Shown here: positions 36,015 to 48,000 of the stretch, piece by piece
How positions within the stretch are numbered: position 1 is the first letter of the stretch
Layout of the letters: every line of letters starts with the position of its first letter
Translations under genes and position numbers: made by a program
The notes under the pieces: generated by a model
The model's database searches: none
What the model was told of the DNA's origin: nothing
The model's input: the letters and a program-made list of their open reading frames with translations, nothing else
From: Octopus sinensis
Lineage: Eukaryota
Assembly (NCBI RefSeq): GCF_006345805.1
Contig: NC_043007.1
Coordinates: forward strand, 53,382,001 to 53,446,000
Length of the DNA: 64,000 nucleotides
Reading direction: 5' to 3'

Positions 36015-37210
36015 TATGTCTTGATACTTGATTATTTGAACCATTTCATAAACCAGATGATCATATTAAGTACATTAACATAGCATCCAACCATCCACCC
36101 TCGATTATACAGTGACTAGTGAAGAATACTTCTAGAATCTCTAGATTATCTGCTAACACTAAAATTTTCGAATTTCATGCATCTTATTATAATGATTCTC
36201 TAGCTAAGGCTGGGTCCCATGATAAAATTCAATATATACAAGATGCAGGCATAAGCAACACTGGTACTTCCTACAACTGTGATGAACATCGTATATCACC
36301 ACAACGTTACTGCTTGAGAAATCACTCGGATAAAGAATACAGGCCAGAAAGAATTGGTCATGTCAAGGAACTACTAAAGAAAACTCATAGACACATGTGA
36401 CTTAGTAATTTAACTGCTTGTTCCAACACACTCAATCAAATAAACCTAACAACAGATATAGGAATCAGGATGTCCTCTAGTTCAATCCAATTTTCAGCTT
36501 GCATGTTTCAACCAGGATCACTGGAAAATTTTTTGCTGCTCTGGACAAGTGTTTTCCTAAATCTAATTGGTATCATGCTATTTTTAATTGATACACTGTG
36601 AAGGTATCCTATCCCAACTCTGCTAATTTAGAGCAGCTTATGCATTGCATAAACAATAGCAAAATGTGGCAATGGTTCAATAACCCATCTACTGGATCTA
36701 GCAAACATTTGCATCTAAATGCCAACCAAGGAGATGTAAACCGCATTGATAATCATCAACTTTGACCAGTTTGTAGTAGTAGAAATACTCATGGTACAGC
36801 TAGCATGATAACAATGTTGGTAAATGGAGTCAGGACTCCCTTATATACAAATAATTATGATAAATGCTCATGCAGAGATAAATCAAAATGCCCCTTGATG
36901 AATCTATGTATAAGTACAAATCTTGCAGCATGCACACAAGGGGAGGGCCCTATGTTTACATTGGCTAGATGGCTGATTCATTTAAGAATCGTTATTGTAA
37001 TCATGTTGCCAGCTTTAAGTCAATCAATAAGAGACATTCAACATCTTTGGCAGATTTTATATGGCAACTGAAGGAGGGTAAAGCGAAGTACAACATTAAT
37101 TGATCCATAGTTAGGCATGCAAAACCGTACAATGTAATTTCCAGGAATCCCTGTCTATTCTGTGGACTAACAAGAAGATACTTAATAGAATTTCTGAATG
37201 ACTATTGAGA
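36015..37210 (+). mobile_element. Old Penelope-like element (RT thumb to GIY-YIG)
   Basis: FHKPDDHIKYINIASNHPPSII, FNPIFS....TGKFF..LDKCFPK, CSCRDKSKCPL, decayed GIY-YIG. Confidence 0.75.
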
Positions 37211-38399
37211 TGCCTACACGCATATAAATGTATTTTTGCACAATGCGGTGAGAATGAATTTTGAGTAACCGTTAACTTAATGTAATTTAATTTACTTTAA
37301 GGTATGGATGACTTAAGTTTACTTTTAACCTCCCCATTCTTCTAAACACCAAATGAATAACTAACTTGCTTTGTAATCGTGAGTGCACCAAATCTTGTGT
37401 ATGCGTATGCTCACATTTTTGCTGATGCTTGTATGAGCGTGTATTTGTGCCATGCAGCTTGCCCGAAAGCATTTATACATCCATATGTTAACAGTTATTT
37501 TCAATACTTTTCTCACGTTTCTCTTTTTATCTTCTGCAATTTTATTTTTTCTTGTATATATATATATGAAGATTTTGTCTCTGTCTGGCTGTTTTTCTCT
37601 CTATCAGAAAGTTACATTGTGGAACAGTCATTTTAATGAGTTGTTTTTATTCATTTATCACCCAAGATACATCTGCAACACCAGATGCTCCTAAACCAGT
37701 TGTTGAGTGTCCCACAAGAGGAATTGATACCAGATGTGTTGAAACAATTGTCGTGATTAATAATAAATTCTCATTTGTCCATTTTCTGTCTTATTTGTTT
37801 ATATCATCATCATATATATATATATATGTACATGAATATATATATATATCTAAAATCCCATTCTGTGTGTGAGTGTAAAAGATTATAATGGCTGTATTTT
37901 TCAACTGATTTTCTGCAAACTGGGAACATACATTACTTATGTTCCAGGGATGGTTTTAGACTCTTAAAACCATAAGTATATGTACATACATATAGAGAGA
38001 GTTTTTGAAGTGATGTGCCGATATTGTATATTTGAAGTGATGTGCCGATATTGTATAATAAGGTAGTCAGACTGTAGGATGATTATATATATTTTTTTAC
38101 TTATTTACATTTTTAGTGCTTTCTTTTGTTATCTGAGTTATCTAAAAATGGTTAAAATTTAGATTTCTTAGCCTTTTTAGAAATAATTTTTTAGGGTTTG
38201 CCAAGTAAGGAAGAAAGACAGAAAATTTTTTGAGCAGGGGAAGGTAACTTGTTTGTTTAGTACTTAGTGGCCTTTTAAGGGTGTGATAGGTCAAGATTCC
38301 TAAGCAACATAATGGGAGCAACTACTTTTAGTGTGAAGTTATGAGTTAGCTTTCTAGTGGGTGTGTGTTCAAAAATTTAACAGGGTATTGAACAACCTG

Positions 38400-39470
38400 A
38401 TCTTAATCAACTGTTGACAATTGATTGAAAAGTCATTTCTGATGTATCTGTTAACTTTAGAAGACATTCCTGATTGAATTTATCGACCATTTCATTAGTT
38501 GGAGCTATTGACAAATAAATTAGGAAATACTTTATCCATAAGATCCCTAAGAGAACGTATCATTTGATCGTATGTAATTTTCCGTAGCCGAATGTTAATA
38601 TCCCATTACCAGTCCTAAGGTGATCATATGAGCATATGATCACCTTGATGTTGCTTGCATGGTGAAGTGTTTTCACATGTCTCCAAAGGTACAAATTTTT
38701 GAAGCATTAGCATTTGATCTTCTGAGGATAACTGGCAACATTTGATGAACATTTCCTGCAAGAAGAATTGTTATTGTTTTTTTTTATGTATTGAAAGGTA
38801 TGGTCAAGTACCTCTGGAGCTCTATCATATGACAGTGCACTCATCCCAAACAGTGAGGCAAGTTTGTTGGAGAACTGTTGCCAGTGCATAGTTTTGGGAA
38901 ATGTTGGACATTTGAGATTCTTTCATTGCAAGGTTTAAACGGAGCTTGCATTGCAGCCACCCTCCTCAATGAGGGTGTGGCTACAATACAAGAGATGCAA
39001 CACTGGAAGAAGCTTAGATCTTATTTTCTCCCATTTAGGATTGCAGGTGAAAGTGGCAAAAAGATCTGGTTTTCCATATGTCCTGACATATAGCATCTTG
39101 TGTTTGTTCATGCATATATCAACGACCACCTATGAATGATGGCGGGAGGATTATAAGTTGCCTCATGTTTTGAATATCATCATCTTTCCTCAGAGCATTT
39201 TTGAGATGAACATAATTGTTAGCCCTTAACTTTTTTTTAATTGTTACGGAATAGATCATGATACATGTGTAATTGATTTGATCGTTTTTAATCGACTCTC
39301 CAGCTGCATGTTCAATCTGTGAAATATTGAAATGATACCCATTTTGTCCATTCAAGAAAAGAGGATACTGGAGAGTATCATAAGAGGGAGGAGTTTCTGA
39401 AACACATTTATGTTCATTATCTTGAGCATGAATGAAAATATCACAATTTTCATGGGGGATCATCTATCTA
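38400..39470 (-). mobile_element. Decayed Helitron Rep (HUH) fragment
   Basis: SYDTLQYPLFL.GQNGYH, IILPPSFIGG, YVRTYGKPDLFATFTCNPKWEKI. Confidence 0.8.
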
Positions 39471-39975
39471 TGGATGGTTACATCATAAGATGTGGGCTAA
39501 TTAAAACGGTGTAAAATGTCCTTTACTATTGACATAACGAACACGGAAACACACACACACTCATAGAATTGATAATATTGAAGACAGCAAAATGTATACA
39601 CATGAATTTCAGTTGATATGTAGATGTCTGAGGCCTAACATATAAAAATTATCATAGTTGCACACACATACTGTCTGACATACACATACTAAGACAGACA
39701 GACATACATACATACATTCATGCACACCTCAGGCATATCTCTGTCCTTCTACGTATCTCCCTCTTTAGATGTGTAGGTGTCAGTCATCACAAAAATGTAT
39801 GTATATTCACACACATACTGAAAATGTTTATTTGGCAGCCAAAAGATTACTGAATCTTTTGATACCTTATACGTCAAAAATCAGCAACTAAGTTTTCAAA
39901 TGTGTAAGGAACACACACACACACAAACTCTGCTTTATATATTAAGATATACATACATATCTTTTCTTTTATCGT

Positions 39976-40359
39976 TTTACTTGTTTCAGTCATTTGACTG
40001 TGGCCATGTTAGAGCACCACCTTTAGTCAAACAAACGACTCCAGGACTTATTGTTTGTAAGCCTAGTACTTATTCTAATGGTCTCTTTTGCTGAACTGCT
40101 AAGCTATGGGAATGTAAACACACCAACATCAGTTGTCAAGCAATGGTGGTGGGACAAACACAGACACATAAATACATACATACACACACACATACAATAG
40201 TATTTTCAGTTTCTGTCTACCAAAATCCACTCACAAGGCTTTGGTAGGCCTGAGGCTATAGCAGAGGGCACTTGCCCCAAGGTGCCATGCAGTGGTACTG
40301 AGCATAGAACCATGTGGTTGGAAAGTGAGCTTCTTACCACACAACCACTCTTGCACCTA

Positions 40360-40360
<1 letters not shown>
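39976..40360 (-). mobile_element. tRNA-derived SINE, CpG-depleted copy
   Basis: Aligns along its length with 31738-32117. Confidence 0.8.
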
Positions 40361-40399
<39 letters not shown>

Positions 40400-40405
<6 letters not shown>

Positions 40406-40725
40406 ATCCTCATTGTTTAACGTCTGCCTTCCATGCTAGCATGGGCAATACATACATATACATACATGACTGGCACCTGTTCTAGGCACTTGTAAAAAGC
40501 AGCATTCAAGCATGGTCAATGCCAGTGCTGTCTGACTGGCTGTGTTGGTGGCACGTAAAAGCATCTACTATACACTTGGAGTGGTTGGCGTTAGGAAGGG
40601 CAACAAATTGTAGAAACCTTGCCAAATCAGATTAGAGCTTGGTGCAGCCTCCCGGCTTGTCAGTTCTCAGTCAAACCATCCAATCCATGCCAGCATGGAA
40701 AGCGGATGTTAAACGACATTGATGA
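40400..40725. mobile_element. RTE 3' UTR fragments in both orientations
   Basis: GGCACGTAAAAGC...GGAGTGGTTGGCGTTAGGAAGGGC...GGAAAGCGGATGTTAAACG. Confidence 0.7.
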
Positions 40726-41229
40726 TATATATACAAATATATATATATACAAATATATATATATATATATACACACAAGCATAACTTACCCTACATCATT
40801 AATTGGTTCCAGGAGACATGTCTTAAGTCAAATTACCTTGTCTATAGGCTAGGCCAGGCTGAATTTACTTGTCTCTAGGTTAAACTGATAATAACCATTC
40901 CCAGTGCTGTACTTTATTTATGAATGCATTTTCAATAATATATCATTAATAAAAACCTATTTTAAGCTTACAAACAAATAATTTTTATTTTTTAATACAG
41001 TACAGTAAAAAAACAAGTAATCTAAATTTACGAATACATTTTGGCAGTGTTTACCGTACATCGTGGATGCTTTATTTATGAATGCAGTTTGCGTAAAAAA
41101 CAAATTCAGCAATTATTATTATTTTGGAATAGTAAAAAAAACTAAATTATTTTCAAATAACCAATATGTAGATATTGGTGATTTACATCGCGGATGTAGA
41201 TGGCTGTATTTTGTCAGCATCAACAGCTG

Positions 41230-42745
41230 ACTCTGGATGTTCTTGTTGTTTGATGTGCTTAAAAACCCGATTGAGAGTTCCTTAAGCTGTCTTCTTTTCC
41301 TCAAGGATTACATTATAAGGAGTAAAAACTTCGTTGCAAGCCCTCATAATCTTGGAAAAGCATTGAGCATTTGGATCCGTATAGAAACATAGAAAGATCA
41401 TTTTTGATATATGCAAATGCTTGCTGCATTTTCTTATATCTTTATTTTACTGCTCATGAAACTGTATCAAATCCTTGTCTTTCAAATACATCTGTGAAAA
41501 CCTTCTCTTCCAAATCCATTTCCAGTTCTTTGCTCATAGCCACCACCATTTTGTTGATGGCAACATTATCAAACCCCTTAAAATCATTCAAGAATTGTGG
41601 GCATAACTTCTTCCATACACCATTCATAGCCATGCTCTGTACAACATTCCATACCTCTTTCAAAAGTCACAAAGTGTGATGGACTCATCAAGATCAATTG
41701 CAGCTATTGCTTGCTGCAGCATACACTTCATATAGTAACGCTTGAAGATATCAATTATTCCCTGATCCATTGGCTGCAGAAGAGACATGGTGTTCAGAGG
41801 GAGGTATACGATGGTAACATTGGGGTCAAAATCTACGATGTTGTGCAGGTGGCCAGGAGCATTATCTAAGATAAGTAAAACCTTCAAAGAATCTCCCTCT
41901 CTTTACAGTACTTCTCTCCTACTGGGATAAAATGATTGAAGAATCAATCTTGAAAAACAGCAACAGTAACCCATGCTTTTGAATTAGCCATCCATATAAC
42001 AAGAAGAGATGCCTTGGGTATGTTCTTCAGGGCACAGGCTTGCGCATGATACACAAGCAATGGCTTTAACTTAAAATCTTATGCACAATTATCTCCCAAC
42101 ATAATGGTCACACATTCTTTTTGAGACCTTATAACCTGGAATAGTTTTCTCCTCCTTGGAAATGAATGAATGGTTTGGCAATTTTTTCCAATACAATCTA
42201 GTTTTGACTACATTAAAAATCTGTTTGGGAAGAAACCTGTTTTCTTAAATGATTTTCCTTAATGCATTAGGAAATTCCACTGCTGCTTGTTCGTCAGCTG
42301 ATACATTTTCACCTTGCTTCTTAATGGAGTGATAAATTCTTCACTCCTTAAATCTCACGAACCATCTTTGACTTCTCATCTAGATATTTTTTCTTCAGGT
42401 CCTCAAACAAAGACAATGCTTTCTCTTGAATGATTTCTTGACTAATAGTAGCACGCTGATGATTCAACCTAACAATCCGAAGAGAAAGAAGACTTCCCAT
42501 TTCTTCAAAGATTTTGCCTCTTTTCTTATTGATGACAGTGTTCTTCATCCCTGGGGCTTCAGATTTGCTATGTGCTAAAATTTTGTCCTTATTATGTACT
42601 ATCATTGATACAGTTGTCCAACTCATCCCAAAAGATCGAGCAATTGCTACCACTTTTTCACAGCATTTTATCATAGCCAATTTATCTTCCAGCGTGATGC
42701 TCAGCACTTTCACTATGAATTTTCTTAGGAGCCAAGGGGGCAAAA
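41230..42745 (-). mobile_element. Tigger/pogo (CENP-B HTH + DDE_1) transposase remnant
   Basis: ITLEDKLAMI..., IQEKALSLFEDLK, QIFN...LYWKK, KVLLILDNAPGH, YLPLNTMSLLQPMDQGII..FK.YY. Confidence 0.85.
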
Positions 42746-44834
42746 AATAAAGTCACAAATTAATGAGAATGAAAAAGTAGCTGACAAACAAATACAAACA
42801 AGTCTGAATTCAAAACAATTGCGAGAATCATGAGTGGCAATGACATCTAGTGGTAGTTAGTAGAACTACAGTGCAACAGGAGTTCTGAAAGACCGATAAA
42901 TATGACAGCTGATTCCCTTTTTTTTTCACTAAGCTACTATCTTAACATTTACTGTACATATTTTATACAGTAACATGACTTTATGTGCTTTTAATGGTTT
43001 TCTAGTGATTTTACGATTCCAATATTTGTGGCGGACATAATGCTGAGTAAAATGACTTGACTTGAGTTTTATTTTTCCAGATATTATTTTTGAAAACTGA
43101 CAAATAATCAAGAACGACTTAAGTCGAGATATGCCTGTATATATAAACAAGATTCGGGACCACATTACTCTAAGTTTTTTATGTGCAGATATACATCTTA
43201 CATCTTCAGTCATAGGGAATCAGTGTGTAACTTTGAGCAACTGAAAATGTAAACACATGTCAGCATCTGCAAAACTGAGTAACATGAAGCTGAGCAAGCA
43301 TATTATTAAATGCAACTCCAACTACACATGATGAGAGCTACTATCTTTTATTTGTTTACCTACTTGTGCATGCTTGGAGTTATGTAAAACATTTGTAAAA
43401 GTGAACACAATAACTTGTAAAAGAAATTCTACAAATATGTTTTAATGTCTTCCAATAACAAGGCATTTAAAGTACAATACAAATTGCTTAAAATATAAAA
43501 AAGACCTTTCTTTAGCTAAATGAATTAGTCATCCAATATGTCACAATTTAGACTGTTTTATTGATAACGACAGTCTCATATTGTTTAGTTGTACGTAAAC
43601 TTGGTGGTAATTATATTTGAATAGATTAAACAGAAGAAAATAAAAAGCTTTGAAAATATGTGTAGTTGAAGCGATCTCAAAGATAAATGCTGGCTGTCAG
43701 AATATCAGCCAGCAGATGTACAATCACATTATTTTGATATCAATTATTAAAAAATCTGTCAACATTAAACTTTTATCTAACATTTAAGAACATTCTTTTT
43801 ATGTAGATTAACTTTTGATATAAAAAATATGAAAACGAAAAGCCTTGATTTTAAAAAATGGCTTTCAATTAAACAAGCATTGTTATATCCAGCATATAGT
43901 AAAAGTTCATTAAACTAATATGCAATATGGTCCATAGAATTATTCTATCATAATCTTTATTATATAGTGAGTGTATAGTATATAGTAATCCTTATACTAT
44001 ATGAACAGTATTATACAGTTTCTATGATGCAATCCACATAACATGATTTGCAAACAATTAATGCTATACCCTTTATATCATATATAGCTGTGAAGCATTC
44101 ATTTTACTTCCTTCAAAGACTACAGCTAATTTTCTCATCATAATACTCATATGGTATGCCAACATCATGATACTATCCATGTCTAAAGTATAGTTTCTCA
44201 ATACTTGTATGATATACAATCAGTATAATGGCATATTAAAATCAAAACAATCTGATAATCATGCATTACAAGGGATAAATTTATACAACATATGACAGGA
44301 CTCACTCAAATATTGTTGGGTAATAACTTTTCAGAAATACTTTCCTGCCATTGTTAGATACTCAGGCAAAAAGCTGTTTTGAGATAAGTAGAGTTTTGCT
44401 GTGAAAATTAAAGGCAAGGCTTTAAAAAAAAAAAAAAAATTTAAGCTAGAAATTCTCAATTGAGAATTGGATATTACAATACATAGTTAACTTTACCAGG
44501 TAAAAATAAAATATCTGATTAAGTTAGTTAAGAATAAAGCTCCAAAAAATAAAAAAATCTAATCCCACAAGAGATAGATTAAAATCAGTAGAGCCTAAAA
44601 GGATACTGATAAATTAAATGGCAGTGGAAGACTAGACTGACCAACAACTTTAGTTGACATTGTAGTTCATAATCATGTGCATCTTTTTCATTTATATTAC
44701 AGGTACACAACACTATGCATTATCAAATACTTCAAAAGATTACAATGTAAGTCAGTGTGTGTGTGTGTGTGCGTGCACACGCATGCATAATATTCTCAGT
44801 ATATGTGTATTGTGTACCTAGAAATTATTTAAAA

Positions 44835-45005
44835 CTATTTGGAATTGATACCAAGTTTTTCAAGAACCCTTAGGCCTTTTTCCATGTATTCTTCTTTAGT
44901 CATCCAAAAAGAATCTTTATCTTTCATAATATCTGCTAAGACAGCACCACCTAAAAATACCATATGCTTTCTGCGAGGTGGGTCTTCTATTCGAATTTTA
45001 AATTT
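44835..45005 (-). CDS. ACTR2: ARP2 last coding exon (171 bp incl. stop)
   Basis: [56 protein letters not shown]. Confidence 0.96.
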   Translation of the reverse strand, partial: KFKIRIEDPPRRKHMVFLGGAVLADIMKDKDSFWMTKEEYMEKGLRVLEKLGINSK

Positions 45006-48000
45006 CTGAAAATTAAAATACATTAGAATATCTTTCAATAAGGATTCAAATGAAACAGATAAAATCAAAACAGATATTTTCAAAATTAATATTAAACCCT
45101 ATTACAAATTTTGAAGATTGAAAAGGAAGTTTAAAAGCAATCATTTATGTTAGTTCCCATTTGCACGTTAATTAAAGATTTTTTCATTATAAATAATTTT
45201 ACATATTATCATTCAATGTTGCTTCTACTAAATCATCGGAATAAATGCTTTAAAGCAGGATATATTTACTAATGGCTACTTTTAACTATGCATTAAACCA
45301 ATTTGATTTTAGGGGAAAGATAAAACAAATAGAAATGAATAATATATTACTTGTATTTTTATTTTGTTGTCTACAAATAAAATGCAAGATAGTCGAGCCT
45401 AATAGGATTTTATCTCAGAAGAAGGACATTAACATTTTTAGTTTTGCATTCATCTATCTTGACCATCGTTACTACTTTAAGGTGTTAATGTAAAGATGAT
45501 TCAGAGTAAATCAGTAAGGTGACAGGGCATGAATCATGACATTCGAGTTAAACTAGCACCTTAATGTTTAAAATCTTAGTTTGGATGGTTTAGAAAATGC
45601 ATTTAGTTGCAGATTTTAGAATGTGGTCTCTAAATGACTAAGAAGGTTAAGTCAAATTAGATCAAAACTTATCTCTTCCAATTTAATTATAAGAATCAAT
45701 CATAGTCCAGGATACCTTTGTAAATTCAGATATTTTGGCTTTATTGCCATATGTCTTTAACACAAACCATTCATTCATGGAATGAGAATAGAATCCATTG
45801 TTAGGCAAGAGAGAAGCACAACACAATGCTATAAGGATTTTGGACATGGTCAGTAAACTCAAAACCATAATTCCACAACCATTTTGCTTCTTTTAATCAA
45901 ACAAAATAGTTTCAAAATGATAAAATTAGGCTCAATAACACTTGCCAAATTGCAAATTCAATAAAATATTAAAAAATAACTATTATATAGTTAAAATCAA
46001 TAGGTGAGAGTGTGTATGTAGATATATATGTAAAGAGAAAATTAAAAGATAAAAATTAAAGTATGAAAACAAAATGGTAGTTAATAGAAAGAGATTACTT
46101 TCTTAGTACATTTTTTGAACAAGGTTACAGTCAACTAAATTTAATAATGTATGACATATTTTCATTTTAATGTACATCAAACATATGCATTAAAAGAATA
46201 ATGTTTGGCATATTTATAGATAGAAGTGTGTAGCAAAGTCATAATTCTAGTTATTGTAGGGTGGTATTTTAAAATTAAACTAGATCAACAAAAAAAAACT
46301 TACTGAAAGTTTTGATGAATTTCCTTTAAGCACTCGTTCAAGATAAAGTTGTTTGAGTTCTCTTTCTAAACGACTAGGAAGGCCAGGATACATAGTTGAG
46401 CCACCAGACAGCACAATATGTTTATAGAATTCAGTGCGTGTATCAATGTCTGCTGCCTGTATAGTATTGAAGAGTAATTCGGCAACACCAACACCTTCAA
46501 TGTTTATTAGATGGGGCTGGAACAATGCTTCAGGAGCTTCGAATCTTTCACCACCAACTTTTATAACTCGACCATCAGGAAGCTATATAATAAAACCATT
46601 TTATAATAGATTAGGTTTTTATTCTTATTTATATCACACTGTGTAAGTAAAAAAAAAAAAGATGAAGACAATTACCATATCATCAAAAAAGAGTTATACA
46701 GCTCCATCAGTTACAAAGTTACAACCATTGTTGTAACTGTTCAACCATTACCTTCATTTTCGTGGAAAAGAATTTGGACACAAACTTTCAGTATTAATCT
46801 AACATTAAAATAAGTTTTAAATTTAATATTTTAATGGAGACTAGCAACTGAATTTGGTAATATCCAAGTCAAAAATTGAACTGATTAAGTAATCAATGAA
46901 TATAAGGACCAACTGACAAACAATATTTTGAAATGTTGCATTATAAGCAAATTAATTAGAGATAAACAGGATTAAAAAAGATTAATTGTTAATCTAATCA
47001 TGTTTCACTTACGTATTTCCAAGTAGACAATGGTTAGATGAATCTGCAACACAGCATAGTTTGTGCTGGCTCTTTTGAAGTATTTTGAGTTGCTTCCATG
47101 TTGAACATAAATTGTTCAAGATATGTGTGTGTGTGTGCATACATATACATTTGTATATATATATATATATATATACAAGATAAGAAAATGGAGAAATACA
47201 TCTTTCTCCATTTTCTTATCTTGTATTAGTAATTTGTGGTAAATCATTTTACCTTTGCCCATATAATACAGTAAATGAATTGATTGCATCGCAATAATTA
47301 ACATTTATGTATTAACTTTGTTGGGTACTTCACTAGCAGTATATTGGATATATGTTATTCCATGGAGGGTTGCATTTACAACCCCTATCTCAATTTATAT
47401 ATATATATATAATCTTAGACGATAAGAAAATGAAAAAAAAAAAAACAACAAATAGAAGTGTGTCTGTTGTGCTAAAAAGCCATTATTTAATTAAGCAAGA
47501 TGAAAGTAAGAGTGAGTTTACAGCTGTTTCTATGTACCAAAGTTGAGGTAAATAGGTGTTTACCTTGTTGCAAATGGTAGACATCATCAGAATCCGAAGT
47601 CTTGTAGGTAGTTATTAGCATGGCTTCCACGTGTCTGCCTGTTTAGTTATCTGAAGGAGTTATCCCTAATTATGGATATCTGGTGTGGTTAATATGAGCT
47701 AAGTGTCACTAACATAGGTTGTGGGTAATTCGTATATTTGCAGAGGAAGCCGAAAATGAGGGTAAAGTTTATATCTAGCATGAGTGCAATTAAGCATGTA
47801 AATACAAAGTAATGGAATAATATTTATGCTTGAGAAGTGCAATGAGAAGTGTAAAGAAAAAGATAGAGGAGGAAATTAATGTGTAAAAGAGTTGGTAGTT
47901 CTTGACAGGAAAGAATTATAGGGATAAGGTAGACTAGCATAGAAAGTAGCTTAGGTGTATTAGTTATTTATTGATAATGTGGGTTGGAGTAGGCTAGCAT

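Noticed and set aside
43081-43250. In-frame TGA followed by ~50 open codons (selenoprotein idea)
   Set aside because: Context matches no selenoprotein motif I know, and no SECIS was identified
47013-47100. Intronic KLCCVAD peptide similar to ARP2 exon 6 KLCYVAY, near a GTAAGT donor
   Set aside because: Length and phase do not fit a duplicated exon, the phase-0 frame has a stop, and a 5-of-6 match is plausible by chance in a 7-kb intron
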